Shown here piece by piece: positions 19,791-29,562 of a stretch of DNA of 64,000 bases. Position 1 is the first letter of the stretch. Each line of letters opens with the position of its first letter. Position numbers and translations under genes: made by a program. The stretch spans positions 1,144 through 65,143 of the forward strand of contig NZ_JAIEMO010000030.1 in assembly GCF_019752095.1 (NCBI RefSeq). The letters are read 5' to 3'. Source of the DNA: Nitrosomonas sp. (GTDB lineage: Bacteria; Pseudomonadota; Gammaproteobacteria; Burkholderiales; Nitrosomonadaceae). A model generated the notes under the pieces. It was not told the origin of the DNA. It did no database searches and was given only the letters and a program-made list of their open reading frames with translations.

Positions 19791-20884
19791 TGAAATGGAA
19801 CAAATTTGGCAGCGGTTTTATCGTTTTTGTCATGTTGTTTTTTAGTTTGCTCGTCACCATAGTATATGCCGAATCGAATCGATTAAAACCGGTTACGCCT
19901 GATTACAAGCTTTCCTTCCCAATGGATTATGGCGCACATCATGATTTTCACCACGAATGGTGGTATATCACTGGTTGGCTGGAAACAGAAGATAACAAGC
20001 CATTGGGTTTTCAGGTTACTTTTTTTCGTTATGCCACTGACCATAATCACGATAATCCCAGCCATTTTGCTGCAAAGCACTTAATTATCGCGCACTTGGC
20101 TTTATCTGATCCTGCGGTCGGTAAATTGATGCATGTCGAAAGAACTGCGCGCGAGGGTTTTGATCTGGCCTATGCCAAACAAGGTAATACCGATGTTAAA
20201 TTGGACGATTGGACATTGATACGAGAGGAGGATGGCCGCTATCATGTGGATATGCAAGCCAGCGATTTTGGTTTGCAATTGTCATTAACACCCACGCAAA
20301 GCTTAATGCTGCAAGATATGAACGGTTTTTCCCGTAAAGGCCCAAAGCCAGAGCAAGCCAGTTATTACTACAGCGAGCCGCATTTGAATGTAACTGGTAC
20401 AGTATTCAGACAAAACAAACCAGTCGCTGTTAATGGACGTGCTTGGCTGGATCATGAATGGTCGACCGCCTTTCTGGATCCTGATGCCGATGGGTGGGAT
20501 TGGGTGGGCGCCAACCTGGATGATGGTTCAGCGTTGATGGCGTTCCAAATACGAGCGAAGCAAGGTGGGAAAATATGGGCGTATGCGGCATTGCGCGATG
20601 CTGAGGGAAATATGACTTTGTTTGATCCGGATCAAGTGGAATTTACGCCGATACGTACCTGGCGATCACCGCATACAGAGGCGGTTTATCCGGTTGCCAT
20701 GCATATTCGTACCGGTGAGATTGAGTGGCGGCTTACGCCATTGTTGGACGATCAGGAGCTGGATTCGCGCCAATCGACCGCAGCGGTTTATTGGGAAGGT
20801 GCTGTGATGCTAACCAAGGATGATAAGCCGGCAGGGCGCGGCTATCTTGAGTTGACGGGCTACGTGAGGCCTTTGAGATTGTGA
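19790..20884 (+). CDS. AttH/CrtC-like lipocalin-fold secreted protein
   Basis: HEWWYITGWL, SYYYS, WLDHEWS, GWDW, YWEG and GYLELTGY motifs; signal peptide after the ATG at 19790 (overlapping the permease stop). Confidence 0.85.
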   Translation: MKWNKFGSGFIVFVMLFFSLLVTIVYAESNRLKPVTPDYKLSFPMDYGAHHDFHHEWWYITGWLETEDNKPLGFQVTFFRYATDHNHDNPSHFAAKHLIIAHLALSDPAVGKLMHVERTAREGFDLAYAKQGNTDVKLDDWTLIREEDGRYHVDMQASDFGLQLSLTPTQSLMLQDMNGFSRKGPKPEQASYYYSEPHLNVTGTVFRQNKPVAVNGRAWLDHEWSTAFLDPDADGWDWVGANLDDGSALMAFQIRAKQGGKIWAYAALRDAEGNMTLFDPDQVEFTPIRTWRSPHTEAVYPVAMHIRTGEIEWRLTPLLDDQELDSRQSTAAVYWEGAVMLTKDDKPAGRGYLELTGYVRPLRL

Positions 20885-21219
20885 TCTTAACGGGCTGTTA
20901 GCATACGTCCGATAACCGGAAAAGATATTGTCAATCATGCGATTTTCTGGTAAATAATAAAGCGCACTTAATTTCAATACTTTCATTGTTGTTAAATGTG
21001 AGTTAGAATTCAACGGCGCAGTAATCTAAGTGGTACAAGATGATTGCGAATAAATTACTCGGCTCCACACATAAAGATCGCTGTAGCAGTGAATCTGAGG
21101 GGCGGAGATAAGATTCACGATTACAAAATTTTGTGATTGTGTGAGCAAGGGGGGTCGATAATTTATCGGCTTTAAATCTAAATCAAAGAAAGAATGTACC
21201 TTAAATAAGGAGATAAATT

Positions 21220-21327
21220 ATGAGCGAAGTCAACAGAAGAGAAACAGATGCGCAAGTTCTGAGATTGTTCTTCATCTCAGTGGCTGTTTTTATTGTTATC
21301 GGAGCAATTGTATACGGCGTATTCTAG
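21220..21327 (+). CDS. Small 35-aa single-pass membrane protein (not in the ORF track)
   Basis: AAGGAG RBS upstream of the ATG; MSEVNRRETDAQVLRLFFISVAVFIVIGAIVYGVF; terminator downstream. Confidence 0.6.
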   Translation: MSEVNRRETDAQVLRLFFISVAVFIVIGAIVYGVF

Positions 21328-21454
21328 ACTGAGAAGCTTGTCACTGCCCATAATGTGACTTATGTTTTTTAGTTTTTTATAGAAACTTAATTCCTCACAG
21401 TATTTGAGTAATAGGGCGGTGTCAGTCAGTACTATCCAGTAAAAAAATAAAAAT

Positions 21455-21499
21455 GCCTATCTAGTAGAAGAGTTTTTGTTCGCTAGATAGGCTTTTTTT
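21455..21499. terminator. Probably bidirectional intrinsic terminator
   Basis: GCCTATCTAG/CTAGATAGGC 10-bp stem, with a T7 tract after it and an A-rich tract before it. Confidence 0.75.
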
Positions 21500-21929
21500 A
21501 TATATCACCTACAGCATGTTGCTGTAGTCTTCCTTCTTCTTGTGTGCAATGGTGATCAGTTGAGTTCTAATGTAAAGATGATGTTATCCTGCTATTCGTA
21601 TTTACATAGAGGCTTTTTGCTCAATAAAACCTAACGTAGCTGTGGCATCAATTCAATAGTGCTCATATAGAGAAGCTTATTAATGATGCGGCTAATTAAT
21701 GCCATGGGATAGTATCATGGCTGTTCTTAACTGAAAAAGCTGATCCTTGACAGAACTTGGGTAGCGCATAGTTTCAGTATCAATAAATATTTTTTGATAC
21801 ACTGGCAAGTAATTAAGAGGTATCTCATAGTCGTCTGAATATCATCATGTTTATGAAATATTCCTATAATATTTATAAGGTAATCTCTTGATACGGGTTA
21901 GTTGATTTAATTTTAACCACACAGAGAAT

Positions 21930-23171
21930 TTGAAAATAATGTCATTTAGTTTTGATAGTTTTTATGAGGCCAACCGCCGTATACTGATCTGGCTCATTCT
22001 GATTGGTATTTTATGGCTATTGCAAGACTTTTTCGGATTGATTTTCATCACGTTTGTTCTTACTTTTATTGCGACACCGTTGGTACATGTTGGTCGGAAC
22101 AAATTGAAATTGCCGCATCGGGCATCCCTAGTGTTGGTATACATTTTTTTTCTGGTTGTGCTGGGTAGTTTTTTTCGTTATGTGACACCTAGCGTCATCG
22201 GGGAAGCCAATCGTTTTATTAATAATTTTAGTGAAGTGCAGTTAAGATTGATTGAGATGAAACAGGATATTATTGGCAAATACCCGGGTATGGAGCGTCC
22301 TCTGCATGGCTATGCCCGTAGTATTCTGGATGAGGATAGTCTGCGGGTAATAGATTCCAAGCTTAATCGGTTCCGACAAAAGCTCGATTTCTCTGATGTC
22401 GATCATCTGGATGACGTCAGCGATAGCGAGATTACTGAAGATACGTATGAAAAGCTGAGAAAATATTACGACAGGGAAACCGAGCTATTGGTGGATGTCC
22501 TCATGACAAAACAAATGGGTAAGGTTCGTGAGGAACTACCAAAGCTTATCAATTATCTTTACCAAGCGATCGGTACGATGTCCCTAGCACTATTATTCAG
22601 TTTTCTGATTTTGTTTGACGGCGTTCGTCTCGGTGGTTTGATGAAAAGCCTGCATGAGTCGAGACTAAAAGATTTTTATCAGGAGACCGCACAGCCCGTA
22701 ATCCGTTTTGCTTATGTCGTTGGTCGCGCCATTCAAGCACAGGCAATGATTGCATGTGTTAATACCTTCCTGACTCTGATAGGCCTGATAATACTTGGGA
22801 TTCCGTCAGTTGCATTACTATCATTAATTGTTTTTGTGTGCAGTTTTATTCCAGTGCTGGGTGTATTTATCTCTACTACGCCGATGGTGTTGGTTGCGTT
22901 GAATACGGGTGGTTTGACTCTGGCGTTAGGAATAGTTGGCATGATAACCATTATTCATATTATTGAAGCCTATGGGCTTAATCCGATGATCTATGGTAAA
23001 CACCTCAAGCTCAATCCGGTCCTGGTGCTTATTATTTTACTTATTGCCTATCACGGTTTTGGTTTGTGGGGAATGATACTGGGTGTCCCAGTCGCATATT
23101 ATTTTATCCATGATGTATTTGGTGTGCCTCTATGGGACCGGCATCGACTAGGGCCAAAAGTCACTAATTAA
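21930..23171 (+). CDS. AI-2E family (PerM-like) transporter
   Basis: FIPVLGVFISTTP, IEAYGLNPMIYG and GLWGMILGVP motifs; multiple TM helices. Confidence 0.85.
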   Translation: MKIMSFSFDSFYEANRRILIWLILIGILWLLQDFFGLIFITFVLTFIATPLVHVGRNKLKLPHRASLVLVYIFFLVVLGSFFRYVTPSVIGEANRFINNFSEVQLRLIEMKQDIIGKYPGMERPLHGYARSILDEDSLRVIDSKLNRFRQKLDFSDVDHLDDVSDSEITEDTYEKLRKYYDRETELLVDVLMTKQMGKVREELPKLINYLYQAIGTMSLALLFSFLILFDGVRLGGLMKSLHESRLKDFYQETAQPVIRFAYVVGRAIQAQAMIACVNTFLTLIGLIILGIPSVALLSLIVFVCSFIPVLGVFISTTPMVLVALNTGGLTLALGIVGMITIIHIIEAYGLNPMIYGKHLKLNPVLVLIILLIAYHGFGLWGMILGVPVAYYFIHDVFGVPLWDRHRLGPKVTN

Positions 23172-23367
23172 TTATTATTTTCTGTGCTACGGTTTGAGAG
23201 GAAGAAGCCGTATAGCTATTCTGAATAGGCTGCAATGGAAAATTCATCGTTGTTGTGAAGAAGTTTGTGCCTGTTCCTTCCTTTTGTTAAATGAATAGGT
23301 CATGTAGTTAATGCAGAGCAATCTTTTTTCATGCAGCATTGTTTTATAACGAATTTACTTTACCCTC

Positions 23368-24000
23368 ATGTTTCTTATCGACTTTATACTTAACATTGAT
23401 CAGCATCTTTATGTACTATCCTCAGAATATGGTCTATGGGTTTATGGTATTCTTTTTCTGATAATATTTTGCGAAACTGGATTGGTTGTGATGCCTTTGT
23501 TGCCAGGAGATTCGCTTTTGTTTGCGGCAGGTACTCTGGCTTCATTTGAGGACTCGCAACTCAGTCCCCATATCTTGTTTGTCGGATTATGTATTGCAGG
23601 TATTTTGGGAGATAGCGTGAATTATTGGATAGGGAAAAAGGCCGGCCCTAAAGTTTTTACTTCGCAGGAATCGCGTTTCTTTAAACGTGAATACTTAGAT
23701 AGAACACATGCCTTCTACCTTAAGTATGGAGCCAAAACGATAATTATCGCGCGTTTTATTCCAATTATCCGAACATTTGCACCCTTCGTCGCAGGGATTG
23801 GAACAATGCCCTATCGCACCTTTATAACCTATAACATTGTCGGTGCTATATTGTGGGTCGGTATATTTATTTATGCTGGATTCTACTTCGGGCAACTTCC
23901 GATGATTCAACAAAACTTCAAGCTGGTTATTTTGGCTATTATTATTTTATCGATAACCCCTCCAATAATAGAATACCTGAAGCATCGATATAAAAAATAA
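23368..24000 (+). CDS. DedA family membrane protein
   Basis: FCETGLVVMPLLPGDSLLFAAG, GDSVNYWIG and ARFIPIIRTFAPF. Confidence 0.93.
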   Translation: MFLIDFILNIDQHLYVLSSEYGLWVYGILFLIIFCETGLVVMPLLPGDSLLFAAGTLASFEDSQLSPHILFVGLCIAGILGDSVNYWIGKKAGPKVFTSQESRFFKREYLDRTHAFYLKYGAKTIIIARFIPIIRTFAPFVAGIGTMPYRTFITYNIVGAILWVGIFIYAGFYFGQLPMIQQNFKLVILAIIILSITPPIIEYLKHRYKK

Positions 24001-24061
24001 TATTGCTGCTAAATGCCTATTTTCCTACGAATCAGCATCTACTTCCTAGGGAACTTAATTC

Positions 24062-25627
24062 TCAGTCTTTGCTCTTTGACGCTAAGGAATCTTGGCTGCG
24101 ATCTGCTAGTGGTCGAACCGGTTTGATAATATCTTCACCGCCCGATGAGGTGTCGATGCCGAGAGCGAGATGACTTCTCCGGTAACCATAAAAGAAATAG
24201 AAAATCAATCCGATTCCAGACCAAATCGGAAAAACCAGTTTCGCATCATTGGGTAGAAACCAGAAAAGTGTGATGCAGCCAATTACAGCAAGTGGCCCCA
24301 CCAACCAGATTATTGGTGCCTTGAAAGGCCGTGCGCGATGCTTATCCTTGGCGCGAAGTATCATTACTGCCAATGCAACCACCATGAAAGCGAACAAAGT
24401 GCCAGAATTGGAGATGTCTGCTAGCTTGCCAACTGGGAAGAAGGCGGCGGCAATGGTTACGCCGATACCTGTTATGTAAGTCACAATATGAGGCGTTTTA
24501 AATCGTGCGTGCACACGACTTAATACTTCGGGAAGTAATCCATCGCGTGCCATAACGAAGAAAATGCGCGTCTGCCCAAATAGCATCATTAGAACAACCG
24601 AGGGCAATGCCAGGAATGCGGCTAGGCCAAGTAAATTGCCAAATTTTTCCCAGCCAATCTCTCGTAAAACCAGAGCCAAAGCTTCACGCGAGCATACGAG
24701 TGGTTGTTGTCCAACGGTGGCAAGCGATTGACATTGTTCAGCCAGAACTATTGAGCCAGGCGCTAGGCCTTTGCCGGTTTGGTCTAGTATGGGCTGTGCA
24801 CCGATCGAGCCGATTGCACCTGCTGAAACCAGTATATAGAAGATGGTACAAATTACGAGAGAACTGATGAGTCCAATCGGCACGTTGCGTTGTGGATTCT
24901 TGGTTTCCTCAGCAGCAGTTGAAACCGCATCGAATCCGACATAGGCAAAGAAAATGGAGGATGCCGCAGCAACTACGCCTGCTTCGCCCAAAGGCAAAAA
25001 TGGTTGGAAATTCTCGATCTCAGCAACGGGGAGTGTCAGTGCAATAAACAGTGTCAAAGCTGCAATCTTGATCGTGACAAGTACAGCATTAAACGAGGCA
25101 CTTTCACGTGTACCAACAACCAACAATCCGACAACCAAAATACAAACGAAAACTGCTGGTAGATTGATGATGCCGCCAGCGAAGGGGCCATTGGCTAATG
25201 CAATGGGTATCTTGATTCCTAGCGAATTATCGAGCAAACCGACAAAATAGCCTGACCACCCGACTGCAACTGCACTCGCGGCGACTGAGTATTCGAGTAT
25301 TAACGCCCAGCCAACCATCCAAGCTACCAGTTCGCCTAATACTGCATAGGAATATGTATAAGCGGAGCCCGAGACTGGCACCATCGAAGATAATTCGGAA
25401 TAACAAAGGGCAGCCACCATGCACACAAAACTGGCAATGATGAAGGAGAACATCATTCCAGGTCCAGCTTTTTGCGCAGCTTCGGCTGTGAGTACAAAAA
25501 TGCCTGTTCCTATAATTGCACCAACGCCTAGAAGAGTTAGCTGCCATGCCCCCAAAGATCGTTGAAGGCATTTCTTTTCTGCTGTAGCCAGAATGGCGTC
25601 AATTGATTTTACGCGCCAGAAAATCAT
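24062..25627 (-). CDS. APC-superfamily amino acid permease (CAT-like)
   Basis: LGVGAIIGTGIF, GSAYTYSY and FFAYVGFDAVST; likely start MIFWRVKS at 25627. Confidence 0.9.
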   Translation of the reverse strand: MIFWRVKSIDAILATAEKKCLQRSLGAWQLTLLGVGAIIGTGIFVLTAEAAQKAGPGMMFSFIIASFVCMVAALCYSELSSMVPVSGSAYTYSYAVLGELVAWMVGWALILEYSVAASAVAVGWSGYFVGLLDNSLGIKIPIALANGPFAGGIINLPAVFVCILVVGLLVVGTRESASFNAVLVTIKIAALTLFIALTLPVAEIENFQPFLPLGEAGVVAAASSIFFAYVGFDAVSTAAEETKNPQRNVPIGLISSLVICTIFYILVSAGAIGSIGAQPILDQTGKGLAPGSIVLAEQCQSLATVGQQPLVCSREALALVLREIGWEKFGNLLGLAAFLALPSVVLMMLFGQTRIFFVMARDGLLPEVLSRVHARFKTPHIVTYITGIGVTIAAAFFPVGKLADISNSGTLFAFMVVALAVMILRAKDKHRARPFKAPIIWLVGPLAVIGCITLFWFLPNDAKLVFPIWSGIGLIFYFFYGYRRSHLALGIDTSSGGEDIIKPVRPLADRSQDSLASKSKD

Positions 25628-26009
25628 GTATTCTTCCTTTTGTAAATGCAATAATCTGCGATAAACCGTAAATTTTTCGGGAAATAGTGTACAAGAAATT
25701 GTGAGATTGAGAAGTAATATGTTGTTTCAAACAAAAACGTAGAGCTTGAGAAAAGCCTGTTCAAATTGAATTGTGATCTATTACCTAGCGTTTGTATCAG
25801 TCAAACAAATTTTTTTAAGAAATAATTCCTGGTCGCTGGCTAATGACTTCTTAAATATACCATACCTTGTTATCATGAAGTGGATGATAAAGCTGTAGTA
25901 TATAGTGATGACTATGCGCTGAGAGCATTTCTAAATGACCCCAGAATCAAGTTCCTGGTTAAGATGAATGGATGCGGCGCAGGATGGAAAAACAAGGGGG
26001 AGTTTGCGT

Positions 26010-26249
26010 ATGGGTTCATTCTTTAGACAAATCTTGGTGGGTGTAATAAAACTTTATCAATATACGATTAGCCCATTGTTGGGTTCTCATTGTCGTTTTT
26101 ATCCTGCGTGTTCAAATTACGCCATTGAGGCGCTAGAACTACATGGCATTTTGCATGGAGGCTGGCTTGCAGTGAAGCGCATTTTGCGCTGCCATCCATG
26201 GAATGCGGGTGGTCTTGATCCGGTGCCACAGGACAAAATAGAGCACTAG
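26010..26249 (+). CDS. yidD: Membrane protein insertion efficiency factor YidD
   Basis: [20 protein letters not shown] and RILRCHPW...GGLDPVP; start may be 25968 or 26010. Confidence 0.88.
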   Translation: MGSFFRQILVGVIKLYQYTISPLLGSHCRFYPACSNYAIEALELHGILHGGWLAVKRILRCHPWNAGGLDPVPQDKIEH

Positions 26250-26539
26250 GTCTTGATGAAATATTGCTAGCTTGTTTATGAATATGGCTGTCTTCAGACT
26301 ATCTGCTCTCAGTTTCTCATGGCAATAATTTAAGCAGTGTATTATTCACTCATTACCGCATGGCCAAAATCGCCAGCAGAATTTGTAGTTACAATGGGAT
26401 ACCGCTGATTTTTCTGTTTAAATTCGGTGAGGGATTTAGTGCAGCAGATTCTAAAAGATAGAGGGGATATTTCTGTAGTAAATTAGAAACCCGGAATACT
26501 TCACCGATTTGTAGTCGGTGGAGTATTCCCTCGGAATGA

Positions 26540-26854
26540 TTAATGATTATCCAGTCTTCCGAGAGTGCCTTCGATCAAGTTCTTCAGCTTATCCACTGCG
26601 CCGTGAACAGCAAGGCTCAGATTTGTTGCTTGGTGAGTAACCGCGATAGGCTGGCGACCTTCCATACGCGCTTCCATCAAGCAGCGTTTGTCATTCATTC
26701 CACCCTTATCACTGTTTTCGTCGCTGATATGTACTTCAATCCGAGTGATATGTTTGCTAAAACGATTCAGTACATCCTTTATCTTGGTTTCCACTTGGTG
26801 GGAGAATTTTTCGTGACCTTCAACATTACGGTCAGTATTGATTTGTATTTGCAT
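26540..26854 (-). CDS. HPF/RaiA-family ribosome-associated protein (short form)
   Basis: MQIQINTD, ITRIEVHISDEN, DKRCLMEAR and AVDKL pattern of the S30AE/HPF-like fold. Confidence 0.82.
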   Translation of the reverse strand: MQIQINTDRNVEGHEKFSHQVETKIKDVLNRFSKHITRIEVHISDENSDKGGMNDKRCLMEARMEGRQPIAVTHQATNLSLAVHGAVDKLKNLIEGTLGRLDNH

Positions 26855-26895
26855 GATTTTTCCCTGTAATTGTGATTAACGAAATCTAACAATAT

Positions 26896-27333
26896 TTAAA
26901 GCCGTTCGGGTAGACGTGCACGCAACTCATCGGCTCGGAGAGACGTATAGTCTTTGTTTATCTCCAAGGACAGCAGAGAGCTGAGTGGAGCATTGAAGTT
27001 AGTGCGTAGAAGGCCAAGAAACGCGGGCGCCGCGACTACTACGAGTCGTTCAAATGCATTCTCCATGCGTCCTTGCTCGAGTCGATCAACAATCAACTTG
27101 GCGAAGCGAATTTGTTCTTGTTCCTTGGGTTCGACCTCGGTCGCCATCGCATGGCGGCCTTCGCCATAACTGTCAAAGCTGCGCCCCGGACGGTCACTGC
27201 TAAGCTCCATCTGCTTCGCGCGAGCATCAGGATTATCAAAGGTCATGAGTTCGGTCAAAGATGCTGTCGGAGAATCTGCGGTAAAGAGTGTGGCATTTCC
27301 GCTGTTTGCGATGAGAATCCAAATTTTAGTCAT
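26896..27333 (-). CDS. Host-attachment family protein (bacterial aeRF1-like domain)
   Basis: WILIANSGNA, SDRPGRSFDS, FAKLI, LVVVAAPAFLG.LR and KDYT motifs. Confidence 0.82.
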   Translation of the reverse strand: MTKIWILIANSGNATLFTADSPTASLTELMTFDNPDARAKQMELSSDRPGRSFDSYGEGRHAMATEVEPKEQEQIRFAKLIVDRLEQGRMENAFERLVVVAAPAFLGLLRTNFNAPLSSLLSLEINKDYTSLRADELRARLPERL

Positions 27334-27444
27334 GATGTTTATCCTTTAAATATCACCTAATAATTAAGTATATTACTTATTTGCAGGAAAACGATATAAA
27401 AGAAAAGCAATTATTACAAATAATTCACTCGAATGAATCCGGAA

Positions 27445-27487
27445 AGTATATAAGTTAGATTGCACTCAACTCTTTGATTAAGATGAA
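27445..27487 (-). promoter_or_regulatory. Possible FNR-type box with -10 element upstream of the host-attachment/HPF pair
   Basis: TTGAT-TAAG-ATGAA (27474-27487, one mismatch to TTGAT-N4-ATCAA); minus-strand TATACT at 27450-27445 puts the centre at -42.5. Confidence 0.35.
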
Positions 27488-27690
27488 TTTTGTTGTGAAT
27501 TCAAACTTTCAAGCTGTCTTGTTTATAGCTCTTTACCCAAGATTTGAATCTTTATTGTCGGAGTCTTCATTAAGTATGATTCGCGCGGCTGCGCGGAAAC
27601 CATGCCTATTACCGTGATCGGATTTCAAAAGCAATAAGTTTTGAAATGAAGTTCTTTAATTCATGAATTATGCATAGGTTACGCAATGAG

Positions 27691-27718
27691 AAAAAAGCAT
27701 GAAATTCTGCATGCCTTT
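27691..27718 (-). terminator. Terminator after the tRNA pair
   Basis: GCATG/CATGC stem followed by TTTTTT on the minus strand. Confidence 0.55.
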
Positions 27719-27726
27719 GTTCTATT

Positions 27727-27802
27727 TGGCGTCCCCAACGAGATTCGAACTCGTGTTACCGCCGTGAAAGGGCGATGTCCTAGGCCTCTAGACGATGGGG
27801 AC
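27727..27802 (-). tRNA. tRNA-Glu (TTC)
   Basis: 76 nt, GTCCCCATCGTCTAGAGGCCTAGGAC...CTTTCAC...GTTCGAATC...GGGGACGCCA. Confidence 0.97.
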
Positions 27803-27845
27803 AAAGTGATGTGTTTTTTATGGCACCGCTTAATCCAAGAGAAAC

Positions 27846-27921
<76 letters not shown>

Positions 27922-27974
27922 TGAGCAAAGGAAGGGGGATTATACTGATGCCTGGATTTATTGTAAAGAAAAGA

Positions 27975-29369
27975 TCAATCCGGGAAATCGCCCATGTGGT
28001 TGTTCATGCGAGCAAGCGTTTCTTCTCGTCCGAGCAGTGCTAGCACTGCATCAATTGAAGGGGTATGAATTTCTCCAGTGACCATCACTCGTAATGGCAT
28101 TGCAATTTTTGGTAATTTAACGTCGTGCGCTTTGGCAGTGGACTTTAATTCCTGATGAATGATTTCTCGATTCCATTCAATTTGGTTGAATTTTTCCAGC
28201 AAATTGATCATGATCGGTCTTGTTTCCGCAGTAAAGTGTTGCTCTTTCAGCTCACTAGCTGGATCCAGAGGGCGATAGAAGTATACTGCCGCATCCGCCA
28301 GTTCTTCAATGGTATTGACTCTTTCTTTAAGTAAGTCGACAACCAGCGCTAAATTGGGACCACCATCAATTTGGCAATTGTTTTTTGTAAGGAAAGGCAC
28401 TGTCAATTCAGTCAAACGAGCATTATCGGTTGTTTTGAGATATTGCTGATTGATCCAGTGCAGTTTTTCCGGATTGAATTTAGCCGGGGAGCGGTTGATT
28501 GCCGTCAGATCAAACCATTCCACCAATTGCTCGCGGCTGAAAATTTCCTCATCGCCGTGCGACCATCCAAGCCTGGCCAGATAATTCAGCAGGGCCTCGG
28601 GCAAATAACCGTCATCACGGTATTGGATAACTGAGACAGCGCCGTGACGTTTGGATAAGCGTTCGCCGTTCGCGCCCAATATCATCGGAACATGTGCATA
28701 CTCTGGTAACGACGCCTGCAGGGCTTTAAGAATGTTAATTTGGCGCGGAGTGTTGTTGATGTGATCATCGCCGCGTATTACATGGGTGATATTCATGTCC
28801 AGATCATCAATGACTACACTGAAATTATAAGTCGGCACTCCATCGCTGCGCAGCAACACCAGATCGTCCAGCTCATTGTTCGCGACCGTGATCCGCCCCT
28901 TGATTTGATCATTGAAGGTGACATGACCCTCTAATGGATTTCTTAATCGGATTACCGGTTTTACTCCTGTGGGCGGAGTTCTTGAAGAGTCACGCCAGCG
29001 TCCGTCGTAGCGGGGTTTCAGCCCGGCAGCCAATTGTTGTTCGCGCATTGCTTCCAGCTCTTCCTTGGAGGCGTAGCAATAATAGGCTTGGTTGTTCTGC
29101 AATAGCTGCTCGACAACTTCGTGATAGCGCGTAAGCCGTTGCATCTGGTAAAAAGGTCCTTCATCATAATCCAATCCCAGCCATGCCATGCCGTCAAGAA
29201 TTGCCTGTATCGATTGTTGGGTTGAACGTTCCAGATCGGTATCTTCAATGCGCAAAATAAATTTTCCGCCGTGTTTACGCGCATAAGCCCAAGAAAAAAG
29301 CGCGGTGCGCGCGCCACCAATGTGAAGATAACCGGTAGGACTGGGAGCAAATCGTGTGCGTACCATCAT
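27975..29369 (-). CDS. gltX: Glutamate--tRNA ligase
   Basis: RTRFAPSPTGYLHIGG (HIGH), RGDDH and LSKR (KMSKS) motifs. Confidence 0.97.
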   Translation of the reverse strand: MMVRTRFAPSPTGYLHIGGARTALFSWAYARKHGGKFILRIEDTDLERSTQQSIQAILDGMAWLGLDYDEGPFYQMQRLTRYHEVVEQLLQNNQAYYCYASKEELEAMREQQLAAGLKPRYDGRWRDSSRTPPTGVKPVIRLRNPLEGHVTFNDQIKGRITVANNELDDLVLLRSDGVPTYNFSVVIDDLDMNITHVIRGDDHINNTPRQINILKALQASLPEYAHVPMILGANGERLSKRHGAVSVIQYRDDGYLPEALLNYLARLGWSHGDEEIFSREQLVEWFDLTAINRSPAKFNPEKLHWINQQYLKTTDNARLTELTVPFLTKNNCQIDGGPNLALVVDLLKERVNTIEELADAAVYFYRPLDPASELKEQHFTAETRPIMINLLEKFNQIEWNREIIHQELKSTAKAHDVKLPKIAMPLRVMVTGEIHTPSIDAVLALLGREETLARMNNHMGDFPD

Positions 29370-29562
29370 GATTGTTTAATAACTATTAAGCCGAATGGGG
29401 AAATGGAATAGTTTACGCGATTCTGTAAAGCTGGTGTTTATTTTGCCTAGGCTATTGCAAGTATGATGGATGTTCATCGAGGCTTGTAGCGTAAAGCCGA
29501 TTATAATGTGCACAATTTAATCCAAATGTTTTTTGTGGATATGATCATAAAGTATCTGGTAA

